In this document: piece by piece, positions 20,766 to 29,303 of the stretch
Numbering within the stretch: the first letter of the stretch is position 1
Layout of the letters: the number at the start of each line of letters is the position of its first letter
From: a virus
IMG/VR virus record: IMGVR_UViG_3300038309_000252
Location: 68,601-132,600 of that record
Reading direction: 5' to 3' (one strand)
Length of the DNA: 64,000 nucleotides
Translations under genes and position numbers: made by a program
The notes under the pieces: generated by a model
Databases searched by the model: none
What the model saw: only the letters and a program-made list of their open reading frames with translations
Told to the model about the DNA's origin: nothing

Positions 20766-20776
20766 ATGCGCCTTTT
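20751..20776. terminator. bidirectional intrinsic terminator
   Basis: AAAAGGCGCA-ATAAA-TGCGCCTTTT between convergent genes. Confidence 0.85.
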
Positions 20777-20793
20777 ACATTAAAAGTCAGATT

Positions 20794-21711
20794 TCATTCA
20801 TCAGCTAATGATTGAAAATATGCCACCATTTCATCATCATTATCTGATTCCAAAGGTTGCTTTTTAGATTTTCCAACTTCTGGTGTTTCTTTGACCTTAG
20901 CTTCCATTATAGGTTCTTCGATTTCTTTAATATTTACAGAAACTTCTTTTGCTGAAAAGTTTTTGTTAGTAAGACCTAACACAGCATTCAACTTTTGTTT
21001 CAATTGTTCATATGTCTTAAAGTTTGATTCATCAATAAGTTCAGATAATTTATAACACTTATTTGCAATTTGCATAATTTCTTCATCAGAATCAGATATT
21101 GGTGCTGGTGATTCAAACTCAGAAGAATCATAGTTTGGAAATCCATCTGCTTGCTTGATTCGCAGTTTGAAGTTAGCTCCTTCCCAAAAATCAAAAACAT
21201 TCACTGGTTCCTGATCTTCAAATAATGGTTTTGCTTTATCAATAATCTTATCAAAGATTTTCTTGCCATACTTGAATAGAAATACCTTTCCATTATTTTC
21301 TGGATGTTTTGGATCATTAACAACAAGAATATTAGAAATGTAATTCAACTTCCTTTTTTGATCTCTTACTTGTTTTCTAGCAGGAGACTTATCATCATTA
21401 GTAGAATTCCATAGTTCTATATTCAATTCATTAACAGGATCCCCCTTGTTAATAGTTGTCAATGAGTTTTCAATGTACCATTTTCCAGTTGGTCCTTTAA
21501 ATCCATGAGTAAATAACTTAACCCATGGTAGAGCATTCTCAACACTTGGAAGAAAACGAATTGTAGCAGAACCATTACCTGCTTTATCACGTTCTAGCTT
21601 CCAAAAACGATCGTCATTATAATCTTTCCTTTCATTCTGCTCAAACTCTTTAATGATCTTGCTAAAATCATTATTACGTGTTGCGCGCACAGATTTGATA
21701 TCAAACGACAT
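20794..21711 (-). CDS. 32: single-stranded DNA-binding protein gp32
   Basis: DDRFWK, GNGSATIRFLP, WYIENSLTT, acidic tail YFQSLADE. Confidence 0.97.
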   Translation of the reverse strand: MSFDIKSVRATRNNDFSKIIKEFEQNERKDYNDDRFWKLERDKAGNGSATIRFLPSVENALPWVKLFTHGFKGPTGKWYIENSLTTINKGDPVNELNIELWNSTNDDKSPARKQVRDQKRKLNYISNILVVNDPKHPENNGKVFLFKYGKKIFDKIIDKAKPLFEDQEPVNVFDFWEGANFKLRIKQADGFPNYDSSEFESPAPISDSDEEIMQIANKCYKLSELIDESNFKTYEQLKQKLNAVLGLTNKNFSAKEVSVNIKEIEEPIMEAKVKETPEVGKSKKQPLESDNDDEMVAYFQSLADE

Positions 21712-21805
21712 ATTACACCTCTTTTAACGACATATAAACGAAATATTAATTATATTTTTCTGATGCAGGAAATTGATAAAGATCACGTTTATTAGTTTTT
21801 CTTTT

Positions 21806-21834
21806 ATTATACTGCTTCTTTTGCTTTTTGTCAA
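21806..21834 (-). promoter_or_regulatory. sigma70-type promoter for gp32
   Basis: TTGACA-17nt-TATAAT on the minus strand. Confidence 0.8.
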
Positions 21835-21921
21835 GTGATTCCTTTTTATCCTTATTATCCCACATATAATCAAATTTATTCTTATGAAAAGTCTTACTCA
21901 TAAATTAAACCCTAAACCTCC

Positions 21922-22164
21922 TTAAAATGACAACAATAGATTATTTTCCTTTTTAATATTAAGATCATTTTTTAACTTAGCTTTCAATGCAGCATTAACA
22001 TTTTTTGCAATTTGCTCTGGTTCAATATCATATCTATTGCAATATTCAAGGATGACATCTAGACATGTCATCCTATTTTTGATTGCTATTAATTCAATTT
22101 TTTCAGAGAAAATATTTTTGTTAATTTTCTTAGCCATAATTATCCTCTTTTGTTTGATTGTCAA
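21922..22164 (-). CDS. 33: late transcription coactivator gp33
   Basis: FSEKIE, LDVILEYC..YDIEPE..LKAKL; upstream of gp32. Confidence 0.75.
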   Translation of the reverse strand: MTIKQKRIIMAKKINKNIFSEKIELIAIKNRMTCLDVILEYCNRYDIEPEQIAKNVNAALKAKLKNDLNIKKENNLLLSF

Positions 22165-22209
22165 ACATCATAATCAAATAACCATAATTCATCGTTACAT
22201 GTATTAATC

Positions 22210-22965
22210 CTAAAATCCACTGGAAACTTTTTTTCCTGTTCTTGTTCTTTTAATTGGGTATTCGTTAAGAAGTTGCTTGGATCCTTCTTCATTGGATGGA
22301 CAGGTTGTATTTGATTGTGATTGCTGCTCATGTTCATGTTTACATTCATGATTTTCATTTCCTTCAACTTTATTAAGAAACTTTAAACGTTCTTGAAATC
22401 TATTACGAATTTGATCAGCATCAAACCATAATTCAACTCCAGATTTTACACCTTCTAATTCTTCAGAAGTCAAGAAACCATCATAGGTTTCATGAAGCAT
22501 TTTCTCAATCATTTTGACAGTAAATTCTGTGTGTGCCTTTACATTCCTTGCACTTCCTTGCGATTCAAAAAAAGCAGTATGAATCATCATATAAGCACTA
22601 TCAAAGACCACAATTTGATCGCAATACATGGCAATCATAGAAGCAGCAGAAAAACATGGACCAACAAGCATTGCTGTAGTTGTTGCTTGAGTATACTTCA
22701 ATCCTTCAATAATTGCAAATGTGGAATCAAGACTGCCTCCAGAAGAATTAATAAATAAATTAATAGAATCATTTTCATCTGAATTAAATAAAATAGTCAA
22801 AAAATCACGATACTTATCTGGGCAATCAATTTCATTGTCTAAAAATACATCATGATGCTGGTAGATTTTTTGTATAGTCTTAATATACTGATCTACTGGA
22901 GTATCAAAAATCTTTGCAAAGATTTTTGATTGTGATGGATTAATATCATTATTCATAGTTATCAC
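22210..22965 (-). CDS. ClpP-like serine protease
   Basis: INSSGGS, CFSAAS, MMIH, ELWFDA. Confidence 0.85.
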   Translation of the reverse strand: MITMNNDINPSQSKIFAKIFDTPVDQYIKTIQKIYQHHDVFLDNEIDCPDKYRDFLTILFNSDENDSINLFINSSGGSLDSTFAIIEGLKYTQATTTAMLVGPCFSAASMIAMYCDQIVVFDSAYMMIHTAFFESQGSARNVKAHTEFTVKMIEKMLHETYDGFLTSEELEGVKSGVELWFDADQIRNRFQERLKFLNKVEGNENHECKHEHEQQSQSNTTCPSNEEGSKQLLNEYPIKRTRTGKKVSSGF

Positions 22966-22972
22966 CTCTATT

Positions 22973-23620
22973 CTATACTAAAATTTGATATTGCTTTCTG
23001 AAATATGCAAACTTATCAATCCATTTTTCTCTATCTTTACTAACAAATAGTTGGATTCCATAGTCTGGAACAGCAATAATAATTCTAAGTGATGGTATTG
23101 TTATACCAAATAATTCTTCAAACATCAAAGAATATACAGATACTTGCATCCAATAATTTTCAATCCATTCATTTCTTTTTGGTTTGGATGAAGTCTTGAA
23201 ATCAATTACAGACAATTCACCATCAAATTCACCAATACAGTCTACAGTTCCAGCTACTAGTAATGAAGGAGAATACATTCTAGATTCTAGACAATGAATA
23301 TTGTCAATTCTATCTAATACAGGTTCTAATTTATTAAATATTTCTTTTTCAAATATTCCTGGAGATGCCTTCCCTGTAAGAAGAAATTGCTCACATAAAC
23401 TATGTATTTCAGTTCCAAAAGCAGATGATTTTTTTTGTATTCTTTCAGCTTCTTCAATTCCTACCTTTTCAATCCATTTATCAATTGAATCTTTTGTTAC
23501 TAGTTTTAGGACAGAAGTTACAGAAGGCATAATATCACCATTGATACTTGAATATGTCCTTCCTTCATCTGTATTAATTTGATCAAGATGTGGAAAATCA
23601 TGATGTATAAAAGTTTTCAT
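22973..23620 (-). CDS. PD-(D/E)XK exonuclease
   Basis: PSVTSVL, GTEIH, AGTVDCI, IDFKTS, Q..VY. Confidence 0.9.
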   Translation of the reverse strand: MKTFIHHDFPHLDQINTDEGRTYSSINGDIMPSVTSVLKLVTKDSIDKWIEKVGIEEAERIQKKSSAFGTEIHSLCEQFLLTGKASPGIFEKEIFNKLEPVLDRIDNIHCLESRMYSPSLLVAGTVDCIGEFDGELSVIDFKTSSKPKRNEWIENYWMQVSVYSLMFEELFGITIPSLRIIIAVPDYGIQLFVSKDREKWIDKFAYFRKQYQILV

Positions 23621-23632
23621 ACCATACCTAAT

Positions 23633-24679
23633 TTAGATAAGTTCAAAATGAAATGGATCAATCAATGTTGATAATGATGCTTTTTGACTAGAAGAGTATA
23701 AATCCACATTTTTAGCTAAATCTAGGAATCTAATATCACCATATGCCCAGCATGATCCCCATCTTAATGGTATTTGTAATTCTTTTGCCACAGATTGAAC
23801 TGCTGTTGCTAATGACATATATGATGCTTTCAATTTAAGGTCATTCAATTCCTGATGTTGCAACAAAGGTTTAAAATATTCATAAAACCCACGTTTTTTC
23901 TTAGCAATATCTGGTGAATTATACCCTACTTTATTTAGTGCTGCAAGATAATAATCAGGATGTGATTTAGGATCAATATTAGATGGAATATTTTGTTTAA
24001 AAAATAAAACAGTAATATCTGCAGCAATTTGAGGATCATTCATCATATCTGGTCTTTCATCAATTGGAATACCTGAAAGTTTAGCAAACTTTTCGTAATT
24101 ATATCTTCCTGTCAATTGAATGAATCCCCTACCATAATATTTTCCACCATCATCTGCTTTAATATTACCTAAGATTTTTCCTTGTGGAGTTGTTGGTCCA
24201 TATATAAAATTAAAAAACTCTGCTCTAGTACCTTTGTTTTTCGTTTTCCAATTAGCATATTTATTTGCTAAAGATGCATTACCATGAAAAATTGATGGAA
24301 ATATTTTTAACAATCTATTAGATGAGTATTCATAATATTCTTCTTGACATTTCCATTCACATTCACCACCAACAATACCCAATACGGAAGCTTTTTGAAC
24401 TGGTGTAAAAAATTGATATTTATCACATGCTTTAATCAATAACGCAATATTGGTTTTTAATTCAGAATTATAAGGTTTAGGTGGAATTATATCATCATAA
24501 ATTGGAGTTGGCAATAATATGTCAATTGCTGAACCAGATTGATGTGATTGCGTCATTTCTTTCTTATGTTCTTTTGCAGCGCTTCCTAATGTAAACTGTA
24601 CAGGACTTGTAGAATATAATTTATCTATTAGTTTTATAAGTTTAGGATTAATAGATTTGATTAACGGATTTATTGTCAT
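23633..24679 (-). CDS. lysin: peptidase M15-like domain interrupted by a GH19 glycoside hydrolase
   Basis: SHQSGSAIDI...LRWG...DPFHFEL flank a GH19 core (GE, DGGKYYGRGFIQLTGRYNY). Confidence 0.8.
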   Translation of the reverse strand: MTINPLIKSINPKLIKLIDKLYSTSPVQFTLGSAAKEHKKEMTQSHQSGSAIDILLPTPIYDDIIPPKPYNSELKTNIALLIKACDKYQFFTPVQKASVLGIVGGECEWKCQEEYYEYSSNRLLKIFPSIFHGNASLANKYANWKTKNKGTRAEFFNFIYGPTTPQGKILGNIKADDGGKYYGRGFIQLTGRYNYEKFAKLSGIPIDERPDMMNDPQIAADITVLFFKQNIPSNIDPKSHPDYYLAALNKVGYNSPDIAKKKRGFYEYFKPLLQHQELNDLKLKASYMSLATAVQSVAKELQIPLRWGSCWAYGDIRFLDLAKNVDLYSSSQKASLSTLIDPFHFELI

Positions 24680-25500
24680 TGATAATCCTCCTCATTATCA
24701 TCATAATTCATTTTGGCAATAATATATTCTTTAACAATATTGCTTCTTATAATGTCTTCAATTCCGAATTCAATATGAGCAAGTGATCTCATTTTTTTAG
24801 TGACATTCTTAAATCTTAATAACCCAGACATATCATTTTTTTTCTTATTTAAATCAGTTTGTCTATAATCACCACAGAATAAGATTTTTGAATTATAACC
24901 AACTCGAGTCATTATAGAGTCTAATTCTTCCCATGTCAGGTTTTGACATTCATCCACAATGATAATACAATTGTCAAATGTCATTCCTCTAATAAATGAC
25001 GTTGAAACAAACTCAACATGTTTTTGTTCTTCTAATCTATCCCATGCATCTTTTCTATCAAATAAAGTTTCACAAATCTGTTTATAAGGAAGTTGATATA
25101 TATCAAGTTTTTCATCAACTGATCCTGGAAGATGACCAATTTCTCTTCCTTGCACTGCTGATCTGACAACTAATAATTTATTATATTTACCTTTCATTAA
25201 AATTTCTTCAATACTTTTATACAAAGCACAGAAGGTTTTTCCTGTACCAGCTACACCATGAAGCATTATAAAGGAATTATCTTCATTATACAATGAAAAA
25301 AACTTACTTTGATTTTCTGTTAAAGGTTGAAATGTTTTAAGATCATCAATTTTAATTTTTAATTGATTTTTATGAAGTTTTTGTTGTTTATTAGTTGTTA
25401 TTTCTGTGGATTGCAGGATGAAAGAAATGTCATTAATGTCATTAATTGATGAATGACCATTACCATTTAAATGATTAGCTTTCCATGTTTGTTTAGACAT
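24676..25500 (-). CDS. phoH: PhoH-like ATPase
   Basis: GVAGTGKT, FIRGMTF, DECQN, GDYRQTD. Confidence 0.93.
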   Translation of the reverse strand: MSKQTWKANHLNGNGHSSINDINDISFILQSTEITTNKQQKLHKNQLKIKIDDLKTFQPLTENQSKFFSLYNEDNSFIMLHGVAGTGKTFCALYKSIEEILMKGKYNKLLVVRSAVQGREIGHLPGSVDEKLDIYQLPYKQICETLFDRKDAWDRLEEQKHVEFVSTSFIRGMTFDNCIIIVDECQNLTWEELDSIMTRVGYNSKILFCGDYRQTDLNKKKNDMSGLLRFKNVTKKMRSLAHIEFGIEDIIRSNIVKEYIIAKMNYDDNEEDYQ

Positions 25501-25526
25501 GAAGCATTATTACTCCTTAAAGATGT

Positions 25527-25760
25527 TTATTTGATGTTTAATTGACTACCTGGTGTAGTTGAATGAATTTTTTGCATTACCTCCTTAAATCCTTGATCTG
25601 TGCGACGTATTCCCAATCTAACAGGATCGCCAAGATGTGGTGGTGTAATTATCAATTCCAATTCAGGATTATCAAGTAAATACTGATCACGTTTATCATA
25701 AGAAATAATTTCCTCAAATGTTATTCCAGTTATTTTATTACGAAATTCATATAATGCCAT
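25527..25760 (-). CDS. conserved small protein (FmdB-like N-terminus)
   Basis: MALYEFRNKITG..FE, GFKEVMQKI; late-type CATAAATA at 25778-25785. Confidence 0.65.
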   Translation of the reverse strand: MALYEFRNKITGITFEEIISYDKRDQYLLDNPELELIITPPHLGDPVRLGIRRTDQGFKEVMQKIHSTTPGSQLNIK

Positions 25761-25798
25761 CTATTTACCTCATTAATTATTTATGATTTGTTAAAAAC

Positions 25799-25826
25799 AA
25801 AAGGCACCAGGATCCTGGTGCCTTTT
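25799..25826. terminator. bidirectional terminator
   Basis: Perfect palindrome AAAAGGCACCAGGATCCTGGTGCCTTTT. Confidence 0.8.
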
Positions 25827-25851
25827 CAAAATAATTAGATATTACAAAATC

Positions 25852-26208
25852 TTAATCATTATCATCGCTTGAAGAGAAATTGTGGTATTCAATAACGACA
25901 GAAGTTACAGACAAATTTTGAATTGTTTTAATTTGATCAATAATATCAAATGTTTTGTCATAATCAACAACACTGCCAGAAATAACTGCTTTTACAAGAA
26001 TATCATTTTCAGTACTTGGAATTAATTCAACATCCATTCCATAATGCATATTAACTTTTATTTGAGAAGGAATAACAATGTTATTATCTAGCTTCTTAAT
26101 GTCTAAAAGAACATTATTAAAACGTTTCCATGCTTCACTAAAAGCAGAAGAATCTACTTTAAGTTCAATATTGGCAAAAAAATAAATATTTTCCATTTCA
26201 TACCTCAT
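25852..26208 (-). CDS. hypothetical protein
   Basis: ORF in operon; SD GAGGT before the second Met. Confidence 0.6.
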   Translation of the reverse strand: MRYEMENIYFFANIELKVDSSAFSEAWKRFNNVLLDIKKLDNNIVIPSQIKVNMHYGMDVELIPSTENDILVKAVISGSVVDYDKTFDIIDQIKTIQNLSVTSVVIEYHNFSSSDDND

Positions 26209-26238
26209 TTAACATAAACAAAACAATCTTGATTTGAA

Positions 26239-26517
26239 TTAACCTGCAAAAACTGTAGAACTTCCTTGAGCATTTGTAGAACCACAAGCTATTGAATCAC
26301 CAACACGAGCTACTCCTTTTCCGTTTACAATTACTGTACTACTTCCACTACTTTGTGTTGATGTATGTGGTGGAATACCATGTGGACCCCAAGAATCACC
26401 AACTCTATGAACACCTTTACCATCAACAAAAACATCAGTTGATGCACTAGTATTAGCTCTTGGTGGAGCATTTGCATGTCCTGAACACATATCACCAAGT
26501 CTAACAACTGCAGGCAT
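26239..26517 (-). CDS. PAAR spike-tip protein (gp5.4-like)
   Basis: MPAVVRLGD, HRVGD, VARVGD, GSSTVFAG. Confidence 0.92.
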   Translation of the reverse strand: MPAVVRLGDMCSGHANAPPRANTSASTDVFVDGKGVHRVGDSWGPHGIPPHTSTQSSGSSTVIVNGKGVARVGDSIACGSTNAQGSSTVFAG

Positions 26518-26647
26518 TTTTAATCTCTTTATTTAAATTATTTTTTTCTAAACGTCTTAATGCCTTTCTAGTTTTTCCATGTGGACCATGCTTTGGTTGA
26601 TTGTTCCACAAAGCTAACAAATGAAAATTACGAGTTTTGATTTTCAT
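26501..26647 (-). CDS. 48-aa basic protein (not in ORF track)
   Basis: MKIKTRNFHLL...GPHGKTRKALRR; motif shared with 41580..41720. Confidence 0.55.
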   Translation of the reverse strand: MKIKTRNFHLLALWNNQPKHGPHGKTRKALRRLEKNNLNKEIKNACSC

Positions 26648-26661
26648 TTTATTATCCTGTA

Positions 26662-27213
26662 TTAGATGGTATTAGATGCTGCTTTTTCTGCAGCAGCTTT
26701 TTGCTCTAATTCTTGTTGCCTAGCTAATCTTCTCATTTTCAATTTTTGATACCTTGTCAATGGTTTTTCTTCCAATGGAGGAACTTCTGGAGGATTATCA
26801 ACCATTGGGATGAATCCTGCTTCTGCAATTACTTTATATGTTAACTTAGGATATAAATGCGGCAAGGTTTGATCTTTGACAGCAATCAAAATTGCTACTT
26901 CATCAGGATGTAAAACTTCACACATACGAATAAATGCATCTTCACGTTTCATCATTGGTATATCTTTTTTACAAAAGATATCAAACTTTCCAATTTGGGC
27001 AATAAATGGAACACCAGTCAATCCTTGTGGTTCCAATGCTTTTTTAAATGGTGGAATACCTGATGGAAGAATGAATTTTCCATTTGGAACATACGCATGG
27101 AAAAATAGTTTGCCTAATGGACCACCATTACCTTGCTTCTTATATGTTGTTTGAAAAAGACTCAAATCATTATTCAATTCTTTTAAAACGTCTGTGATAT
27201 ATTTTGTAGTCAT
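26662..27213 (-). CDS. conserved T4-like hypothetical protein
   Basis: LPSGIPPF, KREDAFIRMCEVLHPDEVAILIAVKD. Confidence 0.8.
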   Translation of the reverse strand: MTTKYITDVLKELNNDLSLFQTTYKKQGNGGPLGKLFFHAYVPNGKFILPSGIPPFKKALEPQGLTGVPFIAQIGKFDIFCKKDIPMMKREDAFIRMCEVLHPDEVAILIAVKDQTLPHLYPKLTYKVIAEAGFIPMVDNPPEVPPLEEKPLTRYQKLKMRRLARQQELEQKAAAEKAASNTI

Positions 27214-27953
27214 ACTTTAACTCTACGCTTAATGTTTTTTGTTAATTTTGTAACTTTTCTTGTTTTTGGTTTATTATTAACCTGATTACAGTCATTAATA
27301 ATAGACTCAATCATCTTTTGAAATTGTACCAATCGCCTTCTTGGCAGCAATCTATAATTTTCAACAATATCATTATCTGATATATTTATAGCAGAAAGTA
27401 GTTCTTGATTAAGATCATTAAACAACAATCCAACTTTTTTTGCAACTGCACTTGATATATTATTCATAATTAAATATGTTTTCATGGAAAACACTTCATT
27501 TTTCAAAATGAAATCATCTATAGCTTGATCGACATCAGAAGCAACTACTTGCACAAGATTAAGTAGTCTTTGATTTGGGTTTGGTTTATTGTTTAATACA
27601 ATAGTTTGTGGTTTATAGTTAGTGGACAAATTAATAACTTCTTGTGTAAGTTTTTGAATATTATCAATATCAATATATTGAGCTCGTCTAATTAAATGAC
27701 CAATAACTCCAATTTTCCTTATTGATAAAAAGGATGAATTTGATATAAAATCTATAGATGGAAATTTCAATATATTTTTTACAAAGTACTCCGCAGCATC
27801 TCTGTAATTCTTTTCTGACCAATTTTCATTATACCAATTCAATGCATTAATTAAGTCTATTTTGTAATTATCTTCTGAAATAATAGGTTCATTAACAATT
27901 GGTTTCTTTCTGCGTGTTTTTGGTTGGTCTTGAACTAAGGTTTCTGTTTCCAT
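27210..27953 (-). CDS. conserved hypothetical protein
   Basis: 247-aa ORF, ALNWYN motif. Confidence 0.7.
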   Translation of the reverse strand: METETLVQDQPKTRRKKPIVNEPIISEDNYKIDLINALNWYNENWSEKNYRDAAEYFVKNILKFPSIDFISNSSFLSIRKIGVIGHLIRRAQYIDIDNIQKLTQEVINLSTNYKPQTIVLNNKPNPNQRLLNLVQVVASDVDQAIDDFILKNEVFSMKTYLIMNNISSAVAKKVGLLFNDLNQELLSAINISDNDIVENYRLLPRRRLVQFQKMIESIINDCNQVNNKPKTRKVTKLTKNIKRRVKV

Positions 27954-27957
27954 TATT

Positions 27958-28344
27958 TTAACCCATGTATGGATAGCTAGGATTTTTCAATGAATCAATT
28001 GAATCAATATTATTATTGAATTTAAACTTAGTTATAGAATCCCATCTGAAAGATCTCCATGCTTGTTTATCTACATCAAACACACGACATGCTGAATTAT
28101 GTGGACTATTATGCTTTGAATCTTGTGGATCACTAGATTCATTTAATGTCTTAGGACGCATATCTTCTGGAATTAAATCCATGACCATCGTACAGTTCAT
28201 AACTCGTTCTGAACCATCAAGTTTTGTAAATGTAATTTCCATGTTTGATTCTGGATCATGCAGCAAATTGTATATAAAAATACGAGTACTTATTACTTCA
28301 TCTTCTGTAAGAGATGTCTTAAAAGGATTAATAATTTCAATCAT
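27958..28344 (-). CDS. WYL-like SH3 beta-barrel protein
   Basis: FTKLDGSERVMNCT...VFDVDKQAWRSFR. Confidence 0.75.
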   Translation of the reverse strand: MIEIINPFKTSLTEDEVISTRIFIYNLLHDPESNMEITFTKLDGSERVMNCTMVMDLIPEDMRPKTLNESSDPQDSKHNSPHNSACRVFDVDKQAWRSFRWDSITKFKFNNNIDSIDSLKNPSYPYMG

Positions 28345-28382
28345 ATTTTCACTCCAAATTACATTATTTGGAATATTATAAT

Positions 28383-28817
28383 CTAACTTGTGGTTTCTGT
28401 CAATGGATTAATTTCATCAATCAATTTTGATATATGACTATATGATACACGAGCATTAATGATTCTATTGTAATAAAGATCAGGATTTTCTAGAACACGT
28501 CTATCAATTTGTTCACGCATTTCTAGATAATTGGCATGCGATTTCATTTTGCAAAAATGAAGAATTTCTCTTCTGAAGTTTTCTTCACCTAATAATTTCA
28601 CATCAGATTTTAATTGATCTGATGATGACCAGTAATCTTTCCAATCAGATTCAACATTAATTCTTTTCTTTTTTCCTTTAATAACCTTATACTTTGTACA
28701 ATAAAATTGTTTCAATCCAATATATTGTTTGCCTGAAATAAGATTAGTTATTAAATAAACAAATGCCTTATATTGAGGATCAATTGAATCCACTATTTGA
28801 GTTTTGTGATACCACAT
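28383..28817 (-). CDS. GIY-YIG family endonuclease-like protein
   Basis: FVYLITN..GKQYIG, FRREIL, YN. Confidence 0.75.
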   Translation of the reverse strand: MWYHKTQIVDSIDPQYKAFVYLITNLISGKQYIGLKQFYCTKYKVIKGKKKRINVESDWKDYWSSSDQLKSDVKLLGEENFRREILHFCKMKSHANYLEMREQIDRRVLENPDLYYNRIINARVSYSHISKLIDEINPLTETTS

Positions 28818-29289
28818 TCTTCTTGTATTTCTTTAACTGCTTCAAAACTCTAGAATTATCAAATTCAATGATTTTGTCAATGAATAGAATGCCATTTAAA
28901 TGATCAATTTCATGTTGTACACAAATTGCATCTATATCTTTATATATATTCTCTTGACAAATCCCTTCAATATCTTGGTATGAAACATGTATTGTTTTAT
29001 ATCTTTTAACTCTTCCAGATATTCCAGGTATTGATAAACAACCTTCTTCAGAAATGATAAAATCATAATAATCTATAATAACTGGATTGATTAAAACATT
29101 AAAACTATTCCTATCTATTGATGTATCAAAGCAAATAACTCTTGAATTAATTCCAACTTGTGGAGCAGATAATCCAATTCCATTATTTGAGTACATACTG
29201 TCTTTCATTTTTTTAATAAAAGAAACAGGAAAGGCAGCATCGGAAGAATACTGCCTTAATATCTCATTTGGATATGTAATAATTTTCAT
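28780..29289 (-). CDS. def: peptide deformylase
   Basis: GIGLSAPQVG, EGCLS, QHEIDHLNG. Confidence 0.95.
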   Translation of the reverse strand: MKIITYPNEILRQYSSDAAFPVSFIKKMKDSMYSNNGIGLSAPQVGINSRVICFDTSIDRNSFNVLINPVIIDYYDFIISEEGCLSIPGISGRVKRYKTIHVSYQDIEGICQENIYKDIDAICVQHEIDHLNGILFIDKIIEFDNSRVLKQLKKYKKNVVSQNSNSGFN

Positions 29290-29303
29290 GTGTCATGTCC
29301 AAA

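Noticed and set aside
22973-23620. Cas4 / CRISPR adaptation gene
   Set aside because: Lacks the Fe-S cysteine set; matches the ordinary T4-like PD-(D/E)XK exonuclease.
28383-28817. Intron-encoded homing endonuclease
   Set aside because: Flanking genes are intact and no group I intron structure is evident; it is free-standing.
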